A DNA stretch of 63,673 bases, filler included, from Reticulomyxa filosa (GCA_000512085.1; 14 parts of 14 records of this genome joined end to end with filler, not necessarily neighbours in it), one strand, 5' to 3'; counted from the whole stretch's first letter, positions 39,734-51,960 are shown. Notes: generated by a model not told the origin, from the letters alone. Numbers and translations: made by a program.

Positions 39734-40945
39734 ATGGGTAACGAAGAATCAACTGACAATCATGACTATGTCTCCGGTGGAGAAAGTGGTGACAACGCAC
39801 CTGGCACACCAACGTCAGGAACGTCAGCGGACAAAATGATTGCGTTTGGCCCCCGAGTTGGTTCTGTTCATGCATTTTGGAGGGACAGCGTGTCCAACCT
39901 GGAACAGTCACAGCTTAAAGTAACCAAAGAGATAACATATACAAACGAAAAAGAAAAAAAAAGGACCAAAAACAAAACATTAATGAAAACGTTTAGGTTC
40001 TCGGGTTGCTGCTATTTTCTGGATTATTCAAAAAATCAAAAGAAGTACGGGATCTCTATACAAGCACGGATATTCAACGTCAAAGTTTACGGTTATTAGA
40101 CATGGTAAGTTGGTCTTTTTTTAATTTTCTCCCTCTCCCCCCCCCCCTTTTTTTTTAATTAAGGGGACAGGAAAAAAAAAAGTACATTTTACTGACCCAG
40201 CAAACAAAATCTCTTTTTTAAAAAAAAAAAAAAAAGTTTGAATGGCTATTGAACACTTTGAATTCCAGTGGAAACAGTTTATGCTTGAAAACGTTACACA
40301 ATTTGGGAGAGAGACATATTGCATATGGAGTAAAGCCAGAGTTCTTTAGGCCTATGTACGAAGCTTTGAGTGATGCCTTGGGTGAAGTTAAATAATTTTT
40401 TTTTTTTTTTTTTTTAAAAAATCAAAAGTATCTTTTTTTCCTCAAGGTTTGAAAATTAGCTATAAAAAAAAAAAGTGATGCCAGGTACATACATATATAT
40501 ACGTGTACATGTATATATATGTATGTGGTGTGAGGGTGTATAAATTGTTTTGTTGTGTGTGTGTTAGATGTTTCCTGGGGATTATACCGAGGAAATCCAA
40601 CAAACGTTGGAAGAATTGTTCCAAAAGGCAAGCGAAGAAATGATGGTGAAAGTGATGAAAAAGCAGGCAAAGTTACAACGCAAGATAGCAATGAAGAGCA
40701 AAACAAAGGGAAGCCCGAGCGTGCATATACCGAGATACTTGGCATCATTGGACCATTGTTTGGCCGACCCAGTTGGATTTCATCACTTGGCAATCTTCAC
40801 GAATGAAAAGTATCCCACTGCTGTCCCGTACTTGGAGTTTCATCGCGCTTTCCAAATCTACCGTTCCACGCTCAATCATAAAATTCGAAAGGAGGTTGCA
40901 CATGAAATCTGCTTGGTCTTTTTGAAGTCAGGCTCAAAGTTATTA
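39734..40945 (+). CDS. Globin-RGS fusion protein with an N-myristoylation motif; exons 39734-39919, 39997-40104, 40237-40386 and 40568-about 40945; 3' end cut by the contig edge
   Basis: Three phase-0 GT-AG introns join MGNEES..VHAFW..|VLGLLLFSGLFKKSKEVRDLY..QRQSLRLLDM|FEWLLNTL..LKTLHNLGERHIAYGVKPEFF..EALSDALGE|MFPGDYTEEIQQTLEELFQKASEEM (globin helices A-H). This is followed by SLDHCLADPVGFHHLAIF..YLEFHRAFQIYR..RKEVAHEICLVFLKSGS (RGS-like). Confidence 0.82.
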
Positions 40946-41113
40946 CGTTTTATAAATTATTTTTTTTTTATGCTCAAAAAAAAAAAAAAAAANNNNNNNN
41001 NNNNNNNNNNNNNNNNNNNNNNNNNNNNNNNNNNNNTTAATTAATTAANNNNNNNNNNNNNNNNNNNNNNNNNNNNNNNNNNNNNNNNNNNNCCCCCCCT
41101 TTCTATCAAAGTG

Positions 41114-42092
41114 CTACCATCCATTTCTCCATAACAAAGACACAATTCCAACAAGTCTTAAACCAAAAAATAAAGCGAGCATCAAGTAGATGTCTCTCGA
41201 TTTGTCGCTACTTTTGATGCCATAGTTGCTGAGCAACTGTTCTCCTGTGCTTATTCCTTGGAATTCGTCAATGCTAAAGATCTCCGTACCGTAAAAAAAG
41301 GGGTCAATCCATTTAATCCATCTCAAATATGCAGGGATGGTGTTGGTGGCCACAAAGAAATTGCTGAACAGCATCAGCGGAATAATTGTGACCGGAGATA
41401 TCTGAATTGCCAATTCCGGTCGATTTGCGATTGTCCCTAAGAAAAACCCCAAGGCATCCGCAACAATTGCGCAAAGTGTCAAAGAAATGTAGATATTCAC
41501 GACGTCGGCTCGGAAATTTACCATATACTTGATTAGTATCGCAAAAGGAACCATTGCCAAGCACGACATGGGCGTATCAATGAACACTTTGCACAACACC
41601 CATACCCACGTGTAGTACCAGTTGGAAGCACGTTCTTTCTGGAATATCAACCGTTGGCTGGGGAATGTCAAATTAGCCTTTTTTTTTTTAAAAAAAAAAA
41701 AGGGTGGGTCTACAAACATGCACTTCAAAAAAAACACACACACAACATGCAATACCGTCATAATGGCGTTCATGCAAGCAAAAGCAACCGCATAAAAGAT
41801 GCCGCCAAATCGGTTTTGAGCGTTAACAGTGGCAGTGTTGTAGTTGGTGATGCTGTCCAAGTCTTGCAACTGAAGCCAGAGCAGCCCCTCCAACACCCCT
41901 GTGAACAGCACTTGTCCAAACCGAACGTACGTGGGCAAAGGGTCGCGAATGAAGATCTTAAGACTTCGCAACGATATCACGTACAACTGCGTGACGATGC
42001 TGGCCATTGCTCGTTTCTCGGACATTACCATCGACTGCGTCACCGGCAGTGACTGTTGGCGCTCCAAGCCGGGGACACTACTCTTCGTCTTG
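41114..42092 (-). CDS. ABCG (White-like) half-transporter, transmembrane domain; intron 41678-41755
   Basis: Motifs RSLKIFIRDP, AQNRFG.IF, TFPSQRLIFQKERAS.WY and LFSNFFV...IPAYLRWIKWIDPFFYG. Confidence 0.92.
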
Positions 42093-43023
42093 NNNNNNNN
42101 NNNNNNNNNNNNNNNNNNNNNNNNNNNNNNNNNNNNTTAATTAATTAANNNNNNNNNNNNNNNNNNNNNNNNNNNNNNNNNNNNNNNNNNNNCAATCAAG
42201 TTTCATTTGCACTGTTGAAAAAAATAAAAAAATGAATACTACGATTAAATTGACAGGGAATATACTGGAGGGATTGAGAAATTCAACAAAAGTTTTGTTT
42301 GTGGCAACTGTTGGAGGTTCCTTCAAACTTTTTACTTTTTACAACAAGCCAAAAAAACAAAAAAAAAACAGTAGCCAGCTTACATGCAAGGAACAAGTTA
42401 CTGTTAAAATTCCAAGAACAACAGAGTCATTGATGTGGAGCTCGTTAAATTAAAGAAAAAAAAAGGAGATAATGTATAACACTCGATGAGTTATTAATAC
42501 ACATTTACTCCAAAATTTGTAGTTTATCATGATACACAAGATCAATAAGTTTGTTTATGATGTAATTGATCTACGTAATTTGTTTGATGAAATTCTATTA
42601 TTTTCACTAATGAGACTCCTATCCTAGTAACTACTTAGTAATTATGTAATTTTGATTAATTTAAATTGTCATATGTTCTCTATTTTAGATCTAATTGTAA
42701 CAGGTCAATAAACTCTTTCCAAAAACTAGAAAGATGAATGTATGGTAATGGTATTAGCTTGAGTACGTAAAGTGAAAAATTGAAAAAAGGACGTGATCAA
42801 AACAAAATTCAACACAAAAAGTGACATAGACCAACAGTAAACATTTTAACCAAAAAATTTATATGTCTTATCAACACTTCCTAAGATACTGTGCTGTTTT
42901 CTTGAAAAGTTTTTGAAAAACAAGGTAAATGCAACAACATACACACTAAAAAAGAACACACAGCACACATACAAAGCAACCAAGCCTGCTTGCGCATCAT
43001 TTTGGGTGAGTAACAAGAAAAGT

Positions 43024-44485
43024 TTATAATTGAAGTAAATGATGTATATCCAGTATTCTGCGATTGAACAAGACATATGCCCGATTGGCGACATTGAACA
43101 AAGTGTGAGGAGGTAACAATTCACACAAATCAATATGTTCCTGGGTAAATTGATGGCGATCCTTTGCCCATTCATTGAGGAACTTCAAAATCGAACTGGT
43201 GGAAACTGGCAAAGTGCCATTTTTCAGTATCTCGCTTATCATTTGTTTTGTTAAATGCTTGCGACTGTTACAACAAGAAAAAATTTCACAAAAATGTTCT
43301 TGTGAATAGTTGCAGCAAAGGATGCGCAATTCTTCGTTGGACGTCTGATGTGCAAACGACCAGATCAAGTGCAATGTTTCTGTGACAAGTATTTCGAAAC
43401 ATTGAAGTATGTGTGTGTGTGTGTGTGTGTATATTGCCATCGGTACGATGAGAATACAAATACAAATATCTCATGCAATCCAACCCTCATATTATGTTGT
43501 CAATAGTCTTTTATCTTACCTTTGTCCATATGAAAACGACCCAAAGCGTTCATTGCGCCACTTTTGAGATCTTTGCAAAGGAAAAATTGTGCCAACTCAA
43601 TCACTTTAAAGCACGCTTCGCGCGACAAATGTTTGAAAATGTCGGTGTCAAACGTATACAAAAAGTCTCGCATCAATATAAAATCTTCCAAATGGACGCC
43701 GTTCAGCACAACTTCGTCATTCTGTCAATTATACATATATGTATATGTATATATTAAAAAACAAGTTAATGGACCAACAGAATGTTTCCTCTAACAATAA
43801 TGTCCCCTCTGTCACACACACACACATATATATAAATAAGTGTATATGTGTATACAACATTATATTGCATTAAGGAACAAACAAGCAAATAAAAAAAAGA
43901 GAGAAAGAAAGAGCCGCAAAAGACTTTAAAAAAAAAAAAAAAAAAAAAAACTAACCAAAGACTCGTGCCAATCCTTTCCAAACATTGATTCAAAGTACTT
44001 ACTCAAAGCCGCAAAGATGACTTTGCTAATCAACACATGCCCATTTCCGACCTTTGATCCGGCAGTCGTCTCAGCGGCAGATGAACACATGGGGCTTTCT
44101 TGAGGCAAACATACGACTTTGCATCCCGTCATCGAGTTGATTAAGACGGAGGTATTGAGGAATTGATTGGCTTTCAACCTTTGGTTTGAATGCCAACGCA
44201 ATATCAATGGATGGTTCAAGTCGTAACATACATTTACTCTCTCTTTTTCATGTTCATTACTTTTGCTACATGATTCCACTGCGCTCGATGTCTTCGCACC
44301 TCTGTCATTCGCTACCTCTGTTACTACCGTTCGGTGGTGCTTCTCTCGTAATTGCTTCCTCGACTGCGCGTATTGTCCTGTTATTCGTAACTCCAGCTCT
44401 CGCAATTGCAGTAATTCGCACCACTTCATCAATGACTTGGTCATTAATGGGTCATCTTTGTACTCGCGTTCACGCACTACTCCTT

Positions 44486-44520
<35 letters not shown>

Positions 44521-44953
44521 TGCGAATTTCCGGGAAAGGATATACCAAAATAGAAACAGAAGAGGGGGGGGGGGTTGGAAATTTTTTTTGCATACCTGTG
44601 TATAAGTATTGCAAAATAAGCAAAAAGGAATTCAAAGATTCGTCAACATCGGAAATATAAATGTGAGGAATATTGTCGCTCTCATCATCACCGTGTGGAC
44701 AAATGTGAATGTGCTGCAATACTACCGATTCACATTGCTCATGCACAAACGCTTGGAACAACAGCTCAAATATTGGTGAACGACTACGGAGTATGTCCCA
44801 GTGACCGTCCAGTGTTCTTGTTTCGTTATTATCGACTTTTGCCTCTTTTTCCAAACCAAGGATAGTATCAATTTCAGAATTTTGGCAAGTTACAACAAGC
44901 CGAACATCTGAAAGAAATTGTGAATCAATAAACCTTCCAAAATTCAACTGCAT
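43024..44953 (-). CDS. Tandem BTB/POZ-domain protein with a BACK-like tail, multi-exon
   Basis: First BTB: FLSDVRLVV..GHWDILRSRSPIF..FLLILQYLYTG. Second BTB: SKVIFAALSKYFESMFGKDWHES..LMRDFLYT..VIELAQFFLCKDLK. Confidence 0.85.
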
Positions 44954-45197
44954 AGATATTCCTTTATGCTTGAAGAAAGAAAGTTTTTTTCTTAAACGTC
45001 AAACCCTCAAATTACTAGTTTGTTTTGGCATTACCTTAGCTTCCAGTAAGATTTACAAAATAAAACTTATTTCAGTATACAGTGGGTACCTTTTAAAAAA
45101 AATACATCAGCCTCTTTTCTATACAAAGAAATCACTTCGTTACTTAAGACGTGCAGATTGCAACAGCTTTGCGTGCCCTTGAAAAATCAAAATAAAA

Positions 45198-45575
45198 ATG
45201 ACAGAATTGCCGGAATGTCTCATTGAATTTTGTAAAGAAAATGATATTGACCCAAAGGTCTATTCTCCGGCCATTCAATTACCACGCTATTTTAGGTAAG
45301 TTTATTTTTTCTTTTTGTTTGTGTTTCGGCCACACTTTTTTTTTTGAGAAAAAATAATTGTTTGAATTCTCAAAAAAAAGAATCAACAAAAAGAACCCAA
45401 TCTCAATCAATGAGTTACAAGGCCAAATAGATACCTACTTAAAAGAAAATCCGGAATCTGAAGCGCAAGTGGATAAGTCAATACCAGTGCTTCAAGAGTC
45501 ACCTATTAAAGATTTTTACGTATTGCAACACTGTGTGAAAATATCACGCTTGCCAGCGTATGCAAATGAGCAATA
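45198..45575 (+). pseudogene. N-terminal fragment of a NOL1/NOP2/Sun (NSUN) RNA methyltransferase-like protein
   Basis: MTELPECLIEFCKENDIDPKVY..LPRYFR|IN..DFYVL..VKISRLPAY resembles, from memory, the N-terminus of a eukaryotic NOL1/NOP2/Sun subfamily. The SAM-binding core is absent. Confidence 0.5.
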
Positions 45576-45803
45576 CACATATTCTTTTTTCTGCAAGCAA
45601 ATGGAGGGTTCAAAAATAGCGTTGGGTTGTGTGTATTGAATATAGATACAGCAACTCTCAGGTGAGAAAGGTACACACAAATAAGGAACTGTTGAAGTTA
45701 TTTGAGATATAAAAGTAAGGAAAAGGGGTGCAAGAAAGAAAAAAGTCAAAAAAAAAAAAAAAAAAAAAAAGGGCCCCAAAAAAAAAAAAAAAAAAAAAAA
45801 AGT

Positions 45804-46769
45804 ATTACCTCTTTTTCCAAATACGTGAAAAGGGTTGGCACAGTAATTACCACTTTCGTGGAGGGGCTTTTTAAATGCTTTTCAGAAACGTCTTTAATGT
45901 GTTGAAAGTACTTTGGTAAAATTTTGTTCATTGCAACTCGTTTGGGGATCGACTCTTTCCATGATTGATCATTGGTCAAATACTTCAATCCAAACATAAC
46001 ACGTTCAGGTGTTTCTACGGAACGTACTTCTGCATTGACTCCAAAATACTCTTCTTTGTCATCAAATGCAAAACATGAAGGGATCACTTTACTATTTGAA
46101 TCATCAGCTACAGTTTCCACTGTCCCATCTTGCCACCTTGCTACACTCGATTTGGTGGCTCCGAAATCTATGCCGATAGAGTTTCCCCCATTCAATAGTA
46201 GTGAATACCGTCTTACATTGCCTTTAATTGTTGATGTGTCTGCTCGTTTAATTTCTGACTTTACTGGCTCTTTTTTTCCGCTTTTTATATTTTTAAATTA
46301 TTTTGTTTGACCAATTGGCTTATTATCAAAGTTATTTTGTATGCACTTTTTTTTTTTCGTGGCTCAAAAATCAATACTTTGTACAACAAAGCATACTGTT
46401 TCTCCGCTCCTTTTTCCTTCGATTTATTTCTGTATTTCAAATAAACAAACAAAAGTTTCATCTTTCGTTTGCAAATAAAAAGTGCAGATGCAAGAAAAAC
46501 AATTAAAAGAGTGAGAACAAAAGCACGAGTGCCTTTTTTTTCTTGTTTCATACTTTAATTTATCTATTCCCCTCCTTTTATCTTTATCTCTTTTACCTTA
46601 ATTGAAAATATTTATTGGCGTCAGAGTATCGAATATCTCTTATGCCTTGCTCTTCACACCAAACTTTCAGCATCCCTGCGTCTTTTGGAGAGATTTTATG
46701 ATGCTCAACATATCTTTCAAAGGCTGCATGAATACTGGGAAAATCCTCTAAGCTTAAATCTTTACTCAT
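45804..46769 (-). CDS. Atypical Hsp70-family protein: about 100-aa N-terminal extension plus the start of the ATPase domain; no downstream exons found
   Basis: Motifs IGIDFGATKSSVA, KVIPSCFAF and TKVVITVPTLF. Upstream exons 46769-46597 and about 46430-46398 splice in frame at 46279. Confidence 0.75.
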
Positions 46770-47549
46770 ATTTGCCAATAATTAGTGGCCTGTGCAAGAA
46801 AAAAAGAGACAAAGAGAATACGCTGTTGTTATTCCCCTTTTTAAAAAAAACGACGAGGCACAGTTGTTGTGCAGCTCGCAAACAATAAATTAGATTTTTT
46901 ATTTTTTGATTTATTAAAAGACAAGACAGAATATTTCCAACTTTATAATTTGATAATTAGAATTAATATTAAATTTGTTGCTAAATAAGAAGTTTGTCTC
47001 TTCACCAAATCACTTTACATGTTGTTTTATTTGTAATGATCTTCAAGATATAGCTCTAATTTCTTACTTTCAACTTTATCATAACATAACTCGCTACTTT
47101 CTCAAAATTAGACTTCCAGCTTTCATCAATCTTTTTTAAATGCAATGGATTAAATTCCACTTCTAAACAGTATTGTGAATAAGAAGTCATCACCAATACT
47201 CCCAAGCATTGACCTTCGTCTTTTTCTTCTGCATTACCCACTGAATAATATACATATATGTACGAAAGAACCAAAAAAACTATAGAACTCGCTTCTTCTG
47301 TTTTTTTCGTTTCATATTCAAATGTCAAGTCAAGGTAGGAAGGTAAACACTAAGCAAGCAAAAGACATTTCCAGATTTTCACTTATTATTTTATTTTCGT
47401 TTTCATGTACATTGGACATTGACAAAATTTCGGAAAAAGTAAGTAATCTTAGGAAGGCAAGCTCAATAGAGGCAGAATAGCTTAGAAATAAGGAGATATT
47501 AATTGAAAATACACAAAGCAAAGTATAGTTAAAAAGGGAATTAGTAAAA

Positions 47550-49070
47550 CTGCACCTTGACGAGATTGAGCAGAAGAGACAATGATGCTAATATAACTAA
47601 ATTGTTACAACAAGAACTCTTAAAATACATAATGATGAATTTTGATAATGTAAACTTTGATATGTTAATTGAAAGAATATAAAAATGAAAATTAGAAAAG
47701 CTAAACAAGTAAGGTATAAAAGTATATTAGTCACTATCGCATACGAAACAATGAATTAGCGTTCAGAAACAGATCAAAATGCAAGACAGAGAATCTAAGC
47801 AGAAAATGATATGAAAATTTCTACATTTGTTGCTAGTCTGGCACAAGATAGTGATCGATGAAATGACATTTGATTAGCAATGAGGCAGGCGAAATCAAAT
47901 GAATATTATTTGTTTAAACCATATGATGATAAAAGATTTAGAACAAAATAAAGTATTACCGATTAGTGAATAGAACGAATAAAACGACACATAGCCATAC
48001 TCATGATAACAGCACAAAATGTGCTTAAAATATTAGTATCGTATGTTGATTGGTACAATTAAATAAATGAAAATAGACAAAATAGATATCAAACCAAATG
48101 ATTTTTATCACACATAGTGATAATATATTTAGATAACGATCACAGCAAAAGATTTCGAATGTCAAGACTATTCTACATGCAATCACTATTATGTGAAGAA
48201 GTCAAGGAAACATGATACATTAAAGCTATACACATAGATTGCAATGCACACAATGAACATACACAATCTATGTCGTAGGAAGATGATACGTAGCACAAAG
48301 ACATTGATTTAGTCATTATTATAGCTACACTGGTCAATGAATAAATTTATTTGATCTAAATATATGTTAGCCAAAAGAGCAATCAGTATTAATGATCATA
48401 TACAGAATCCAAAGCCAGTAAATAGCATTCGACCAGAAATAACTAGATCCAAGCGCTACTGTCAATTTGCAACAAGAATAAGTTCAACAAAGAAACGAAT
48501 TTGATCAGGATATGTCAATGAATGAAAGGAAGCAGAATAAGTGACATCAATGATACTGATATCCGACTTCTGTCAAATCTTCTTCTACGTATTAAAAAAT
48601 ATTTAAAAAAAGAACATAAATTAATAATACATACAGCTACTAATTACTTTGTGCAAGATATATTTAAATGAGAAACTGTTATAGTGTGAATCATGTACAG
48701 TGTAAAAAATATAAAGAAAAAAGATACAAAGTGTTAGTTATCAATATATATGATGTGGTAATCAATAAATTGGAACCAGTTTCTGCATTCTACCAAATGT
48801 ATTGCAAGGAAGCACCTGACATAATAGGATGCAGTGAAATACATCGAGCAAATGTAAACGTAAGTCCGAAAATACCGAACAATGCGGTAACACATGGGAC
48901 ACCACAGCATTAGTGCAAATGGTAAATATATAATGCACAAATGGTACCTTACAAATAAATCTACGCAAAAATTGATGATGACGTTAGCAAAACTCACTTC
49001 AAAACATTAGAAAGTACAAAAGACAAAGGTACTGTCCATAGTGCAAAAAGAGATAGGACAGACCAATTAA
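47550..49070 (+). mobile_element. Highly decayed LINE relic (APE endonuclease N-terminus)
   Basis: VLVINI...YCKEAPDIIGCSE at 48730-48840 matches the APE N-terminal PDII.L.E motif, within A-rich stop-ridden sequence. Confidence 0.45.
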
Positions 49071-49794
49071 ACAAGTCTTAGTGAGATGTATACTTTATAT
49101 CATCCAGAAGAAGGTACGCGAGATTAGAAAGCAATACCAGCACAGAAATTTTGGGAAGAAAATTTACGTGTAAAGGACTAGTGGTCTTTTGTAAGGAAGT
49201 ATTGGAAGCGTGCCTACAAGAATGAAGGAAGGAGGAAAAGAGAAGGAATAAGGCTCGTTGTGAGTACAATTATTTTTTGATTGTGCTTTTTTCTTTAGTT
49301 AGTGTAAAGTTGGCATAGGGCAAAGAGGTGGAGCCCTACGATGAAATCATTTTTTGAATTTTTAAAAAGTTTAAGATCACTGAGGCTATGGAAAGCGCAC
49401 AAATGTGTAAATTTTTTTTATGGTGACAAACTTAGGCACAATCTGGGATTGATGATATAACAACTGTATAAGATTCTGAATTAGAATCTTTTTTTGTTAT
49501 GTTTTTGTTTATATTGCGCCTTTTGTCTAAATTAGTTGTTTTTTCATATTTCAATTTAACAAATTTCTTTTTCGATGAATGAAATAATTATCTACTGTCC
49601 TGTAAAAAAAAGTTGCAACAAAACATGGTCATGAGTTGACTTTTTCCACGTACAACAGGCCAAGTTTGTGTTCAATATTTGCAACAATTTTAAAAAAAAG
49701 TCGTATTTGTAATTAAATCTGAAAAATTTGGCATTGAAACTCAAACATAAATATAAATATGCAATTTTCAAATTTATATTTCATACCTTCTAAC

Positions 49795-50522
49795 TCAAAA
49801 GTCTTCAAAGTCCACAGAGCTCTCTTTGGTATTAGCGTTATCAATACTTTTTCGTTTTGCGGTAGCGACCTCCTCCTCTTGGTTGTGTTCCTCTGCCATT
49901 GAATCATGTTCGGACTCGAATTGCTCATTGGATTGTTCTTGTTGTTTAGATCTTTTTTTGTTTTCCTTTTCATTTGCTTTCTTTTGTTGATCTTTGTGTT
50001 TTGTGTCAGAGTCAGTACTTGTGGAGGAGGCCTGTTTGGGACGTCGTTTGGACTCACTTGTCTTATGAGTGGTTTTAGTATGTTGCGATTGGTCCCGTTC
50101 TAGCATAACATTCAATTCATTGGTAATGGCCGTTATAAATTCATCCGAGAAGCCTAAATTTTTCCAATCATTTTTGTCCATTGCGTGTAACTGTGGTAAA
50201 GTAGTTAAATGTTCATCCGTCAATTTCTTCCAATTTTGTTCGGCGACATATCCTGGATAGTCCAAGCTTTCGGTTACTCTTGTTACAAGTTCGTGTGCAC
50301 TTTTTTTTTTTTTTTTTTTTTTGAAAAACACACCGCAAAAGTTATGTTGAGAATTAATTGCAAAAAAAAAGTGATAAAATACAAAGTTAACTGTGAAGAA
50401 GAGGAACCTGGCTCTATTCTTCGAGTTTTCTTTTCTTGGGCCACCTCATGAGCGCCACGTTTGGTCAAATTGACAGTAACAGTGTGTGTGGCAGAGTTAC
50501 TGTTGTTACCATGGCGACCTCC
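49795..50522 (-). CDS. 3' part of a protein with a SAM-like helical domain and a charged tail
   Basis: WKKLTDEHLTTLPQLHAMDKNDWKNLGFSDEFITAI resembles a SAM domain; AG acceptor at about 50300. Confidence 0.55.
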
Positions 50523-50622
50523 NNNNNNNNNNNNNNNNNNNNNNNNNNNNNNNNNNNNNNNNNNNNTTAATTAATTAANNNNNNNNNNNNNNNNNNNNNN
50601 NNNNNNNNNNNNNNNNNNNNNN

Positions 50623-51960
50623 TCAAACCCTTTCGGTTCCAATCCGCAATATTTACATACTTTGCGTTCCTTTGGACATTCACGAGCAATGTGGTTCAAT
50701 CTGTAGCAGTTCCTGCATTGCTTGAAGTGCGCTTTTAGTCTAGATTTATTTTTATCAAACGGCTCTACCTTCACCATTGAATAGCCAATCTGGATGTTAT
50801 TGTCTTTCAATATCTTCACGACATCACTAGGATTGGATAACATTACTTTGACAATCGGCATTTTATGGAATCGTTTTAATTCTTGTATTTGATATAATGT
50901 TTCTTTAATTTCATTTTCACTTTCGTGAATTGATACACATCGAAGCAGAATATGTCTATTAATTTATCGTTTTTTCTTTTGTTCAGCAGCAAATGTCTGC
51001 TTTATAATTCTTTGGTTATCGTCACTGTTATCTTTTTGTTCAATTTGCACATTTTTAGGATCATTGAAGTTATGAGCAAGCTGACCCAGTTGCTGATCAT
51101 TAACATCAACTGCAAAATGAACAAATAATGTACTGAAATTTCCAGAAAATGTATGTGCTAATACTTTTCTGGACAATACATTCAATACAAGTAACTTAAT
51201 TACTGCTGTCGCTGATTTGAGTTCTTTGGATTTGATATGTGTGACGACAATCTTTGGGGTATTGGAGCACATAAACTCCGTCGCACTTTCATATTCTTTT
51301 TCCACACATTTTCAAATGTCACTTCTTCAATATTCTTTTTCATTTGTTGCAAACTTGAACTGTGTACTGCAACTTTTTTTTTGTACTGCAACTTGAAAAG
51401 TTGACGATTGAAGTTTAGATTTCTTTATAGCAATATGTCTTGTACCATTCGTGTCGACATCCATACTATCATTCGACGTTATTTTGGATTGTAGTTGTTT
51501 ATTGTTTCTGGAATCATGCATATCAATACCACGCATACTGGCATTTGATAATTCACTAGTGTCAGACATGTTCGGAAGTGTAGTTAACATGTCTGCCTAC
51601 CATTAGATCGGATGCTTGAACCAATTCCATGAGGGATATTTTGTCCCAGCATGGCTTGCAGTAGAGTCGACCGTCCGGATCGCCTTCACAAGCATTGTTA
51701 TCAGCTAGTGTGTTTCGGTTTTGCCCGAGGTTCAGTAGAAGCTACCCAATCCTCGGAGTTCTGCCAAACACAAAAACGGGCATTTGCCTCGAGAATGCCA
51801 ATTTCCCGAAAGCGTCTAACACTCTTAAGGCTAAACAATGATCGATACTATCTCACACAAATCGCCCGTTGCCAGTAAAAGAGTTATTATCTCAGTTACT
51901 AGGAAGTTTAAAGCGCTTCCACTTCTCAAAGCACACTAAATGCTGAACCGACGATGAAAC
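50623..51960 (-). mobile_element. 5' UTR and ORF1 (gag-like, CCHC knuckles) of a LINE, frameshifted
   Basis: ATG at 51590 (MLTTL). QIGYSMVKVEPFDK..QCRNCYRLNHIARECP..VCKYCG is similar to ORF1 of the element at 62-3454. Confidence 0.82.

Noticed and set aside
14556-40945. 7TM-RGS and globin-RGS as a gene cluster
   Set aside because: They lie on different contigs separated by several linkers, so there is no physical linkage.
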